From Octopus vulgaris (lineage: Eukaryota): a DNA stretch of 64,000 nucleotides. Under the pieces are notes generated by a model. That model saw only the letters and a program-made list of their open reading frames with translations, had not been told where the DNA came from and searched no databases. Location: the NCBI GenBank assembly GCA_951406725.2, contig OX597822.1, positions 5,146,001 through 5,210,000 of the forward strand. Direction: 5' to 3'. Within the stretch, counting starts at the first letter, position 1; each line of letters begins with the position of its first letter. Positions 39,510-51,603 of this stretch are shown in pieces. A program made the position numbers and the translations under genes.

Positions 39510-39643
39510 ATAGATACGAATATATACACACACACACTGATAGATACGAATATACATATATATATATTCATATCTATCAGTGTGTGTGTGTATGTGTGTT
39601 GCGCTATTCTTGATTTTATGCTTCACTACTCAGAGTAATGTTT
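37805..39643. repeat. Long-range inverted duplication (arms 37805-37972 and ~39387-39643)
   Basis: aaacattactctgagtagtgaagcataaaatcaagaatagc... and atgtatgtatagatgcaaagtatatatgtgcag... both recur as reverse complements. Confidence 0.92.
38362..38748. repeat. (CA)n at 38362-38436 and (ATT)n at 38661-38748
   Basis: Direct inspection. Confidence 0.95.
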
Positions 39644-39732
39644 TTAAATAATAGAGAACCACCAAAAATAATATAAGTTATAAATAATAGATAACAAGAA
39701 AGAAAATAATAGTATCAATAATGATAATAATG

Positions 39733-39770
<38 letters not shown>

Positions 39771-40385
39771 TGTTAGCAGCAGCAACAATAGTGAAAGAAG
39801 TTAAAGAAAGAAGAGAGAAAATTCAATTTGTTAGGTTTCTTCTGGCTGCTGTAGTTTCTTCCAGTAGTTCTTATTCTCCCTGTTATTGTTTGACGAGTTT
39901 TCTACCAATAAATCAATTTAACTTTACACTGGTATGTCGTTATGATTGGTATCTAAAAAGTTTGGCAACAGCCAGGAAGATGTTATCCTAACGATGAATG
40001 CATGGAAATGCGTGCCTGTGTTTGCAAATGTGTGTGTGTGTGTGTGCACAGATGCATGCATATTTGTGTGTATTAGGAATAGAGTTTTGTTTAGAAATCT
40101 AGTGAACACATCATTGTGTCCTAGTTTTATCTCTTTCCCCCTTTATCTGGTTATTGCCTGTACTATAAAGAGGCAGCAAAATATGCCAATATCATTTCAT
40201 CCTGAAGATGAGACCATGGTGGTCCAGAAAGACTGATGATGGATATAGGAATTTCTTGATTCCAAACAAATTGCAAAAAGCTAATGAAAATGAAATGTAA
40301 AAGAAAAATTCATTATTCAATAAAAAGGTGAAACAAAATAGAAATGGGTTTTCAATGCAACTATATACATATAAATATATATTGC

Positions 40386-40820
40386 AGAAATATTAAAATT
40401 TCTAAGTCTCTCTAAAGGAGACTACGGCAGCAGTACTGGATTTTAATAGTTATCGCCAAGCAAATATGGTAGTCCATAAATATAAGACTAAAGCTGCCGT
40501 TGATTAGCTCCAACAGGCCATCGCCTCTAGCTAGCTATATGACACATGAACCTGAGTCCATTATAACCTTCGAACAGGGGAGGTCAGCCGCTTCCCCTTG
40601 CTGGTCAGACATCTGCAGACATGTTTCAGGGTATTTGCCCTTTATCAATGCAGAGTAGCCAGACCCAGCAGGCGTCGCTACTAACCGTCTGTTCGAAGGA
40701 TTATTTACCTAATTTCAGTGGAATACATCCACTGGTTTTCAAAAATAGAAATATTAAAATTTCTAAGTCTCTCTAAAGGAGACAACGGCAGCAGTACTGG
40801 ATATTAATAGTTATCGCCAA
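40386..40820 (-). mobile_element. Retrozyme-like element: 361-bp unit plus 74-bp terminal direct repeat
   Basis: 40386-40459 equals 40747-40820 with 2 mismatches; internal HHR; flanked by (AT)-rich microsatellite; no ORF. Confidence 0.75.
40612..40654 (-). ncRNA. Type I hammerhead ribozyme, U3-A8 variant
   Basis: Minus strand: tctgca TTGATAA aggg-caaata-ccct GAAAC at GTC tgcaga; 6-bp stem I, 4-bp stem II, palindromic acatgt stem III, GUC triplet. Confidence 0.8.
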
Positions 40821-42850
40821 TATATATTATATTTTATTAAAATTTTTTAAAATATTTTTAGCAACGACTTCTTGACCACAAGTATAAACACCCCCTCCCC
40901 TATCCCTATTTACATTAGATTCTTTATGGTTTTATTTTTTTAATTTTGTCCTGACCACATCTTCCTCACTTAACCAAATATGTCTGAACTGCTAGCAACT
41001 CACCACCAGCATATACCTTGGAGCGTAAATGAAATATAAATCTGGTACCTTTTGAAGCATCTTATGTCACCTGATGAGGCTTACTGCACTGTGTGTTGCA
41101 TCTGATGTCATTACATTATCCCACACCCACTAGGGAGCAATGCAGAATGAAACCAAAATGATTGTTGTGCTAATAAAGCTTCTAGTCTTCCATATCAATC
41201 ATTTAATATATATACACACACACACATTCACGCACACACACATTCCAGCCATGTAACCACACACATGCTTTTCTTGGACTATTTTTTCCTTTTCCCCAGA
41301 CCTTTCCTCCTTCCAACAAAGAACCGTGCTCGAAAAATCAACCCCCCCCCCACCTACATTTTTCCATATGAAAATCAATGTAAACTTAGTACATTCATTG
41401 CATATGTCCTTTTGACACTTGCTGTGCATTTCCTGACCAATGAATCGAAACCACAATCTTACGATCATTAGTCCAACACCCCCAACCATTAAGCTACATG
41501 CTTCCACACACACACAAATACATATGTATATATATATTCATTTATTTTACACTCATTATACCATGCTAACATGGGTTTTACAGCTATATTATTGAGACCT
41601 TTCCTATCACAAACCCTTAGTTTTTTTCAAATACAGAATCTCCTGTTTTACATATCTTTGAATACACAAACTGAGTGGATGACTTGATAGAAGTGACAAC
41701 ATAAAAAATACTCATACCTTGTGATTTCCTAAAAACATACAAATGTAAACACACACAATACATATGTATATATGTGCATGTGTATCACCAAACATATGTA
41801 TACACTCAAATACATCAGGTTATTGCCACATGCATGAACAGGCACTTGATTACAAGTGAGGAATTCAATATGTGACACTATATGGAATTACAACCTTTAT
41901 GAATCTGTACAAATACTCACATTAGCACATCTACGTACACACTCACACACAATATTTAAGCATACATCAAGGTTCTTATACACAAAAAGGACGAGTGAGA
42001 AGGGTTTATAAAAAGAGGTAAGACAGATTTAAATAAGCACAGAATTCAATAATACAATGTAATTGAAGACATCCCAAAATGAAACGAGACTGTCTCTTCT
42101 TATCAGTATGTGTATCACAACATCTGATCCATTAAATTAAACTGCCTGACAATGAGAGTTCTTAGCCAAAGTTCTTAGAGAGTTCTTAGCCGAAAGTTAA
42201 ATTCAAACAGAAGATAACATTTATTTCTAAAATAAATCAGAATGAGGTAATAATTGGGGAGAGAGAGAAAATGAATGTTATTGGTAAGATGTAATCCTGT
42301 ACAACCTGTTACATGGTTGGGTCACTAGTGACGAAATCAGCTAGCCTGGTGAGGAAGATGCATGGAAAATAAGCTAGCCTGGTGAGGAAGATTATTAGAA
42401 ACAGCATGGAAAATAAAACACAACTTATCAAAAAGATAGGTGAACCAAGCAGTCAATAACTATAAAGTAACAGAGTACAGGGATATAGAAATAATTGAAA
42501 TGGTGAACATGCTGCAAGACCACTTTGGGAGTGATAGACTCAGAGTTCTTGTCAGAACGGCTGTCTGGCATAAGGGCATAAAGGGCTCTTTAATTATAGT
42601 GGAGAGATCTATATGCACTGCCCTGTTGCTTTGTAGATAGATGAACATTAAGAAGGAAAATACAAATTGTGGTGGCCAGTTTTAAGGAGTTTTCTGATAG
42701 ATTGGATTTCCTATCAAACTGTAACAGTCAAAAAAGTCCAACAGAAAAAGTCAAACTGTAACAGTAAAGATTTTACTTATCACTGTTTGGCACACTCACC
42801 CTGTAGTTTCATTACGTTGAGCCATTGATTTGCACTACCAGCCATTATAT

Positions 42851-43172
42851 TCTTTTATTTTCTTTCATTTTATTCAGTCATTTGACTACGGCCATGCTGG
42901 AGCACTGCCTTTAGTTGAACAAATCGACACCTGAACTTATTCTTTGTAAGCCTAGTACTTATTCTATTGGTCTCTTGCCAAACCGCTAAGTTATGGGGAT
43001 GTAAACACACCAACATCAGTTATCAAGCGATGGTGGGGAACAAACACAGACACACACACAAATATATACGCACATAGAAGAAGACACTTGACTAAGGTGT
43101 CATGCAGTGGGACTGAACCCAGAACCATGTGGTTGGGAAGCAAGCTTCTTACCACACAGCCACTCCTGCGCC
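42851..43172 (-). mobile_element. SINE family A with internal deletion
   Basis: Tail and head match family A; tatatt on both flanks. Confidence 0.85.
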
Positions 43173-43211
43173 TATATTGACTGGAAAAAGATAAGAGGGA
43201 TTGTCTCTCTT

Positions 43212-43296
43212 ATCAGCTCACAGTTTCTGTGACTGAAGAGGAAATAACTGCTCTGAAAAGCTTGCATCTCACAGATAGGTGGCACTGAGAGCTGAT
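43212..43296 (+). ncRNA. Type I hammerhead ribozyme with extended stem I (partly decayed)
   Basis: tctgtga CTGAAGA gga-aataactgc-tct GAAA agcttgcATC tcacaga; outer stem atcagctcacag / ctgagagctgat (11 of 12 pairs). Confidence 0.7.
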
Positions 43297-43808
43297 TTGG
43301 GTGTTTTTACACCATAATGTCCACCCGGCGAGAAATTATCTCCATGACAAAACACAATGAATTGCTTGTTCACAAGTTTGAACGTGCTTTTAGCTTCGAA
43401 CTGGTATTAACATTGCATTTATATTCATCACCGCTCAGCGCACTCACCCAATAAAGTAAAGTTTGAGTCTTTACATCTACTACACAGAATGTAGGGATGG
43501 GGGTAGGGGAATAGAGAAGCTGGTGATACACATGTATATTACTTATGTGTTTACGTACGAAGGAGGGTAGTGACATGTAGTTAAGATATTAACTTTTCAG
43601 TCACATGGCTTCTCTGCAAGATATTTTCAGCCTTAAACTGACTGATATTTTGTGAGAAAATTTGATAGACAGAAACTGTGCAGAATCCCATATTGCCTAT
43701 ATGAGTATGTGTGTCTACCTGGATACCATGTAAAAGTTAGTTGCTGTATATATACTGTAAGTTATCAGTTGACAAATAGACCCCAATACATTTGTGTGTG
43801 TGTACGAA

Positions 43809-43850
<42 letters not shown>

Positions 43851-44119
43851 ATATAGCAGTAAAGCTACATTAGTCTGCCACGGATTGAGGGTTTCATGTT
43901 TTTCACTAACCAAACTAAGTTATGTATTGCAATTTTTCTCTTTATATAGTAGAAAGTATGATTATTCTAGATACTTCTGTCAAAATACCATTGGACTGTC
44001 ATGCAATAATGCAATATTTTCAAAATAGTCCATTAAGCAGAGGGAAATAAATAAAATAAAATAAAGTAAAAATAACTTGGGGTCATAAATAATGTCAAAC
44101 ATACAAATATATGCACAGG

Positions 44120-44123
44120 CACA

Positions 44124-44154
<31 letters not shown>

Positions 44155-44224
44155 TACATAGATACATACAAATATAAATACACATAAGTACATAATGTTT
44201 ACACATACACACACACGTATATAC

Positions 44225-44278
<54 letters not shown>

Positions 44279-44329
44279 ATGTATATATATATCTATATAT
44301 GCATATATAAATATACATATATATATATG

Positions 44330-44420
<91 letters not shown>

Positions 44421-44570
44421 TATGCACAAACAGAAAAATACATATAGATGTGTACACACAGAAAAAACAAAATGTGTACACTGTATACACAAGGTCATAT
44501 ATGGATACATATATATATACACACACACACATAAGCATATAAACATATCCATACACACACACACACAGAT
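44120..44570. repeat. Compound (AT)n/(CA)n microsatellite field
   Basis: Direct inspection. Confidence 0.9.
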
Positions 44571-44714
44571 GTTGAAGATATGCTTTCACCATGAAAGGTC
44601 CCTAACAAGAGTGAGGCTTAACAAGATGACCAATGGTGAAGCCTCGTTGCATATTTGGTCAGATATTTCCTTGGAACCACCTCAACACCTTGTACAGCAC
44701 TAATATGATGATAA

Positions 44715-45227
44715 TCTCTATATATAAAACTGTAGTTGTGTGAGTGTCTGTCCCCTTCGATTTAGATTCCTAACTACTCCCACATTTTGCGGTGCAGTTT
44801 AACCAAATTCGGGTATCTTATAGTCGTGATTCATATCGAGCCCGTCTGAGTATTAGCGTGCGTCTACGATGAGTCTACGATTTTAAAAATAATTTAACAT
44901 CATTTTTTATTCCATTTTAATGCATAATTTTTCGTGTGTCGATGGCGGCAGAGTTGGCGTCCATGGTCACACCTGCACCTGTTTGCTTCTCCCCCTTCTT
45001 CCCTCCCTCGTGAAGCTGTGGGGAAGGGAGTGTAAGGAAATCAACGTCGTAATGCGTTGTCACGGAGACCAGCGTTCTTTTAGAACAACGACTTCATGGC
45101 TTGAAGACATCAAAACAGAAATGGCTAAGAAAGCCCGAATTGGCATCTATAAGGGAAGTAACTCTCTAAAAATGCTTATATAGTTATTTCCCTTAGAAAC
45201 CCGAGCAACGCCGGACGATACTGCTAG
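44715..45227 (+). mobile_element. Young non-autonomous Helitron
   Basis: A|TCtctatatataaaa start, subterminal hairpin ccgagcaacgccgg, CTAG|T end, no TSD, CpG-rich. Confidence 0.88.
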
Positions 45228-46104
45228 TCTTGTATAAAATAGGTAGGGGATTTTTTTTTTTCCGAATAAATATTTCTAAATGTTATGATTGTGATTGAGT
45301 TTTACAAGCTGAATGTCTTACCTATCACCACTTAACAATATATACTGGATGCAGAAAAAGTTTTCTGACTGGGCAAAAGTCTCTTCACAAAACTGTTAGT
45401 TTCTATTCAACTGCAGCTCTTTTACATGCTTTGCCTTCAATGCAAGTTACAGATACCGTATCTCTTCTGTAGAATTTTTTCTTATGAAGTTACTGCTCTC
45501 TTGAATGGGTTGTCTTCATTGTGCCTTTCAGAGCCCCTATCTCACATGTATAGATTTTTCATTAATAAGTCATAAAGCTACTAAAATTACTCACAGGTTA
45601 GTCTGCATAAAATTACAATTATAGATCTCTCTCTGTAACATGTTCAGTAAAGAAAGGGAAAGCTGGAATGTAAGAGATAAGAGATAGAAAGATGTGGTGA
45701 GAGAGAGAGAGAGGAATGTGTGTGAGTGCATGAGAGACAGAGAAAGAAAGAGAGGGAAGAGAGAGAGAGAGGAAGAAAGGGAGGGACAGCAGTGATATGG
45801 GAGTGATGGTGGGATATGCATAGAGGGGAGAGAGATGGGCCAAGTAAACAAAAGGAGTCATGTGAGATAGAGGTACATGGTTATTAGTATAGGTGGGAGG
45901 GATCTTAATGAAGAAGTGTGAGGATAAGATTGGTGCCATGACACCGCATAGTTTAGTTTCCAAGAAGCATATCCTGATAAGCTTTATGAAAACCGGTGGT
46001 AAGGTGGGGGTGGGTTACTGAATTGCTTAAAAGCACATGTATGTGGTCTCTCATTTAACTTAGATATTCGCATATATTCTGATTGTTTAGTAATAGTAAT
46101 TCAT

Positions 46105-46394
46105 AAACAAAAGCACCCAGAGAGCGCAAACCTCTGCCAACACAACAGCAAATTCCTCTCAACAATTATCTCAAAATGATTTTTAAAATGAGAATATCTG
46201 AAATAAAATCCTTCAGTGAATATCATGAGACCTTTTGGTTTTCTCTTCTCTTAAATTTCGGTCTTCCTTTAGTAATCCTGTTGTATATATGTATAATCTC
46301 TTAATATAATAATGAGTATTGTCTTTTTATATATTTGTATATATATATGTGCATATATATTGTATATGTGTGTATACATATATATATATATATT

Positions 46395-46443
<49 letters not shown>

Positions 46444-46812
46444 ATATAAAATGGAGCTGGAGTGAGAGGTGAAAGTAGAAGAGATAAATGGCAAGGAAGG
46501 GATGACAGATGAATAACAAAGGAAGGAGTGAAAAAGCTGATAAATGGCATTTGAAGTGTGAGTAAATGTGTGTATGTGAACAAGAGAACTATGTGAAACT
46601 TTACATATACATGTAAAGAAAATATAAAAAATAATCCAGAATCCTTGTCTAGTGCTGGATTGATCCCAAAATCTAATCAGTTCGTGCCAGTCTCAAGGCC
46701 AAACATCCCTGAAAGCTTCATCCAAATCCATTCAGCGGTTCTTGAGATATCTTGTCCAAAAACAAACATGACTGAAAACAATGCCTCTGCCTTCACTAAG
46801 ACAAAGGTAATA
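46105..46812 (+). mobile_element. Helentron-associated (HINE/DINE-like) non-autonomous element
   Basis: 5' aaacaaaagcacccagagagcgcaaacctctgcc; conserved-type core ccaaaatctaatcagttc...ttcatccaaatccattcagcggttcttgagatatc; 3' stem-loop gcctctgccttcactaagacaaaggt; internal microsatellites. Confidence 0.6.
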
Positions 46813-46879
46813 AATAGCAAAATAATATTGTTTTAGCATTATGTAAATCATGATAACGATACACACACATGCTCACATA

Positions 46880-47463
46880 TGGATGGTTAAAATAAGTTGA
46901 TATTGATGAACATTCTGAGAGACCTGCAACCAGCAGAGCTGAGAAAAACATTGCAGATGTGTGTGCAGCTGTGAAGGGAAATCGTCTAATCCCCATCCGT
47001 GAGTTATCAGAGGATGTGCAGATTAGTTACGGCTCAGTTCAGTCCATTATCACTGAAGATTTGGGTATGAGATGCATGTCTGCCAAGTTTATGCCAAAAC
47101 CGCTTTCAGCTGACCAGTAAGACACCTGGGTTTCAGTTGCACAAATTCTCCTTGATTGTGTCGAGAATGATGAAAACTTTCTGAAAACTTTGTGTAGGCC
47201 TCTGAGCAGGTATCACCAAACTTTTGACAAAATTTGATGCAGATTCTCTACTCAAATTTCTCTGTCATGGTCAATGCAACAATCACACGCTACACACCTT
47301 CCTTCCATGCACTGCTGTAAACAGCAGAAGTGAGCTAGAATTTTAAAACTTAGTGCACAGGCAGAACAGAGTTCAAGGTCAATCTTTGCCAAGCAGCTTC
47401 ACTCTGCATGCTTTAGCTTTGTTACTATGGCAACAGTCCAGATACTTACAGAACAGACCACAT
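46880..47463 (+). pseudogene. Rearranged mariner: transposase HTH region (+) joined to an inverted 5' end (-)
   Basis: Plus strand DIDEHSERPATSRAEKNIADVCAAVKGNRLIPIRELSEDVQISYGSVQSIITEDLGMRCMSAKFMPKPLSADQ*; minus strand from ATG 47268 MTEKFE*RICIKFCQKFGDTCSEAY; TIR-like end at 47434-47463. Confidence 0.85.
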
Positions 47464-47529
47464 GTGTGTGCGTGTATACATACATATATATATATATATA
47501 TATTTACACACACACACACACACACACAA

Positions 47530-47699
47530 CAGGCTTCTTTCAGGCATTCTGTCTACCAAATCCACTCACAAGGCTTTGGTCGGCCTAAGACTATAGTAGA
47601 AGACATTTGCCCAAGGTGTCATGCAGTAGGACTGAACCCAGAACCATGTAGATGGGAAGCAAGCTTTTTACCAATCAGCCACACTTATGCCTATGCACC
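47530..47699 (-). mobile_element. SINE family A, 5' half
   Basis: ccaaatccactcacaaggctttggtcggcc...gactgaacccagaaccatg. Confidence 0.8.
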
Positions 47700-50600
47700 T
47701 AATTGAATAGAGAACGAAAATGTGAAGCTATGTTTGAAGATTCAGTTATATTTAATACAAAATATGATTAGCATCTAGTGTTACACTGCATCTAACAAAT
47801 GCCATATATAAGACATTCCATTTAATTCTTTAGTTCATTCTGCTATATAATTTAAATGCATAATTTAATTACGAGACGGTTTAAAGAGGGGTATCATCTA
47901 TTTTTGAATTTTTTCAAGCAAGGAATGATGATGTCAATTTTTGTTTTATGTTCTTCTTTAAGAAACAAAACATATTTGAAATAGTGAATTAGTAATATTT
48001 CCTTCATACATAAAATTAACTAATTTTATTATATATCTGGTGGTAGTGTTGTTTGTCTAATTAACTTCACAGATTGATATTTGAAGCAATCTATAAAACA
48101 TTATTACTTTTTGAAAATGAGTTTACAATTAGTGTCACATATCTAGTAATTATGGATACAGACAAGTGCTGTAGCATTGACTCAGATACTTTCGCTTATT
48201 TATTTATTATTACTGTTTCTATTTTGATGGATTTTTGTGTTTTTGTCTAGTTTTAGTTGTGCTAGTGTGCAGTATTTAATGACTGCTTTATTAGATGTAG
48301 GCTTGGCAGCCTTAAATTTCCAAAATTAAATTGGATATGAAAATGTTTGTTGACAGTTATAACCAAAAAAGTAATTATCTTGTGATTCCACTAAACAACC
48401 AACTAACCAACCAGCCAGCCAACCGGCCAGCTAGCTAGTTGATAACCTTGTCCTTTATTTATTTTCCAAACGGTTTTCTGCACATTCATTGAGTTTACAA
48501 TATTAACAGGAAGAAATGTGAATATGTGTGCTAGCTTCTGCTTAGTCATGTGTCTATGCGGGTTTGTTGGTGTGTAAACAAAATAAGTTTAGGAGTTAGT
48601 AAATAAAGTATACATATGTATATATGTGTATGTATAAATGCATCTTTGGAAGGCTATGTGTTAGGCATTTTGATTACAGGTATGGTATATTCAATTTATA
48701 AACTATTTCAGATTTATCTACTATAGATTTAATAACTCATACTACATTGTTATATTACAACAAACACACATTGTTTTTTTTTCTCTATTTTGCTTTATAT
48801 TTATCCTCTTTTTAATTATTTTTCATTTTTTTAAAAATTTGTTCTTTTAAAAAATATTATCCATCTAAAATGGCTAAACGTTAAAATGTTATTTCAGTTT
48901 TACTTGCACCACTTCTCAGAATGTCAACGGACCACTATGTCATTGTTGCCAAACTGTGAAATCTAATTTTATTCGATCATAAAAAAAAAAAAAGAAAAAT
49001 AATGTTTAGCATGATTACCTTTGGAATATTCAGTTCACTCCTAACCATGAATTTAGACCACAACAATGATCGGGCTGGGAAACACAGTGAAAGTATTCAA
49101 TAAGTTTTGACTGTCCATATTGTAAACCACACAACCGTAACTGCTACAAGGTATAATATTTAGTCTGGTGACTGTAGATCAGACAAAAACAGATTATATT
49201 TGGTATATTAGGTCAATGGAGTTTTCTAAAAATAGATCAATAATTAAGAATAGTTGACTAAAGCCACAACAGCAATATTCAAATGTATCTCAACTATCTG
49301 AAGGCAGTTGTAGGTTTGCAAACTTCAAGAATACTGCCAAGAGATTTGTCTCCTAGAATACATATATGTAAGGTATTATTGTCAAAGAAAAGAATTAAGA
49401 TATCATCTGGCCTCGGGTGTTACACTTGACATCACATATTAGACAAAGATCAATTGTTGCAGGAAGGCCAGTAAGCATCTGGAAAGTACTATTAAAATGT
49501 GAATGTTTGTTTGTATGTTCCAAGTTGTAGGCCAGCGTTTAACATCTAGACAACTGAAACATGACACAGCAGTACATCCTTTCAAGAAGGTCACATGATA
49601 TCTTTTATCTTTTACTTGTCTCAGTCATTAGACTGTGGCCATAATGGGGCACCACCTTGAAGAACTTTTAATCAAAGGAATTGACCCCAATCCTATTTTT
49701 TTAAAGCATGGTACTTATAAGTCTCTTTTGTGGATGTGTATTCTTCCTTATCTATAATTGTAAACAAGTGTCACCATCACACAAGCAATATCATTTGTTT
49801 CCAATTTTCTGTGGAAATATGTTAGGTCATGGGGAAATATTATCTAGATAGAAAACATGAAAGGGTTGGTGGCAGAAAGGGCATCTGGAGATACAAACTG
49901 TCCAGTTAAGAGTTAAAGGATTTCAGTTGATCTCCACTTTGCATCAACTCTGTATTTTACTCCAAGATACCACAAGGTAATTTGTGGTATGGTATCATCA
50001 GTCTAGTGCACAAATGCATGGAGATAGATAGTAGTTAGCAATACAAAGCAATTTGAGGAAAATGACAGGTCTACTGAGAAAATGAGGACAGATACCTTAA
50101 GCAAAGAAGAAGACAATAAGAAAGAACCATAATTTTTTTTTCACTCAAAGTAAAATATTACAACAACACACAGTATATAATATAGGTATTGTGAGACATC
50201 ATGGAATGAATAAGATCTTGATTGACTGATTGATATTAAATGCGGTTGAACAATGCCATTCAGTCAGGACTCACAGTACAGATTATACTATTCATCCATT
50301 CAATCACTGAATACAAAATATGGCACATAAGACCCTTGTTCAGGTGATTTTCCCGAGTCATTGTCTCAGCCTTGTAAGCTAATCCATCACAAAGTTATCC
50401 ATATACAGCTGAGTGGACTGGAGCAACATGAAATGAAGTGCTTTGCTCGAGAAAACAATGCACAGCCAGAATAAGATTTAAATAACAATATTCTTATGAA
50501 GGAATGTGATTGTGCAGTGCAGATCTAGAAATACTTGCTTCAATGATTCAAAATAAGCAATAATTTCATACACAGTCTAAAATCATGACCTTGTGATTGT

Positions 50601-51572
50601 AAGTCCAGCATCTTAAAGTTTCAACAACTGTGTCACTTAAAAGTTCATTTACTATTCCAATTATGTATACATGAATGCAAGCACTCATAGATAGATTACA
50701 TACGTATAAAATGCAAAAATTATCAACATGTAAAGAGTTTGAAAACCACATCCAAAGACACAAAAATGTGCACATAAATTATCTTTGCTCCACATTAGCA
50801 GTGACCACACAACTTAGCTCTACAGTCTCTAAATAATTTTGCAAGATCTATTTAATAACAAACAACCCAACACTGACAGTATTAATAACCTTTTATTAAA
50901 GAAAACTATTGTTATTTAAGACATTTCACTGCAAATTTTCTACACATTCATTGGACGATTTTCAATCTAGAACTGATCAAATATGCAAGGCCATTTTGCC
51001 TGACTGCATAAGTTTGAGTAACACAGATTGATATTGATAATACTAGAAAACATCAGATTGGATTTGTTGAGTAAATGAAACAGCAAATCCAACAAGCACT
51101 TTCTTATTATTTCAGGCATTCATTCTGAAATAGTTAAGTAGTTTTACCACAGCTATGAGACCTAGTGACCAATTTCAAGTCAATGTTGTTGGTGGTGATG
51201 GTAATGCAATATGCATACAAATACAATACATAAATACTTATATGTATGTACTAATAAACAAATATGGTACTGCAAAATATGATTTTCTATTGGTTTTAGC
51301 AGTTATAGAGTGTTCACTAATTTTTTTTCTCCCTGTTTAGTATGTCTAGCTAAAGTAATTTTCCATCTTTATAGGTAGATGTTCTTCTAGTTGCTAATCA
51401 CTCAGCGATAAAGAAAGAATAGAATTTTTTGTTAGCTAGGTAGACTCTTTGTTGAAGCATTTAATGAAATCTCCTATATATGCTCAAAGTCTTGCTTTTT
51501 TATCTTCAAAACCACAAAACTGATAATAAGTACAGCTGTAATAATAATTATTATGATGAAGGGTGGTGGTGG

Positions 51573-51603
<31 letters not shown>

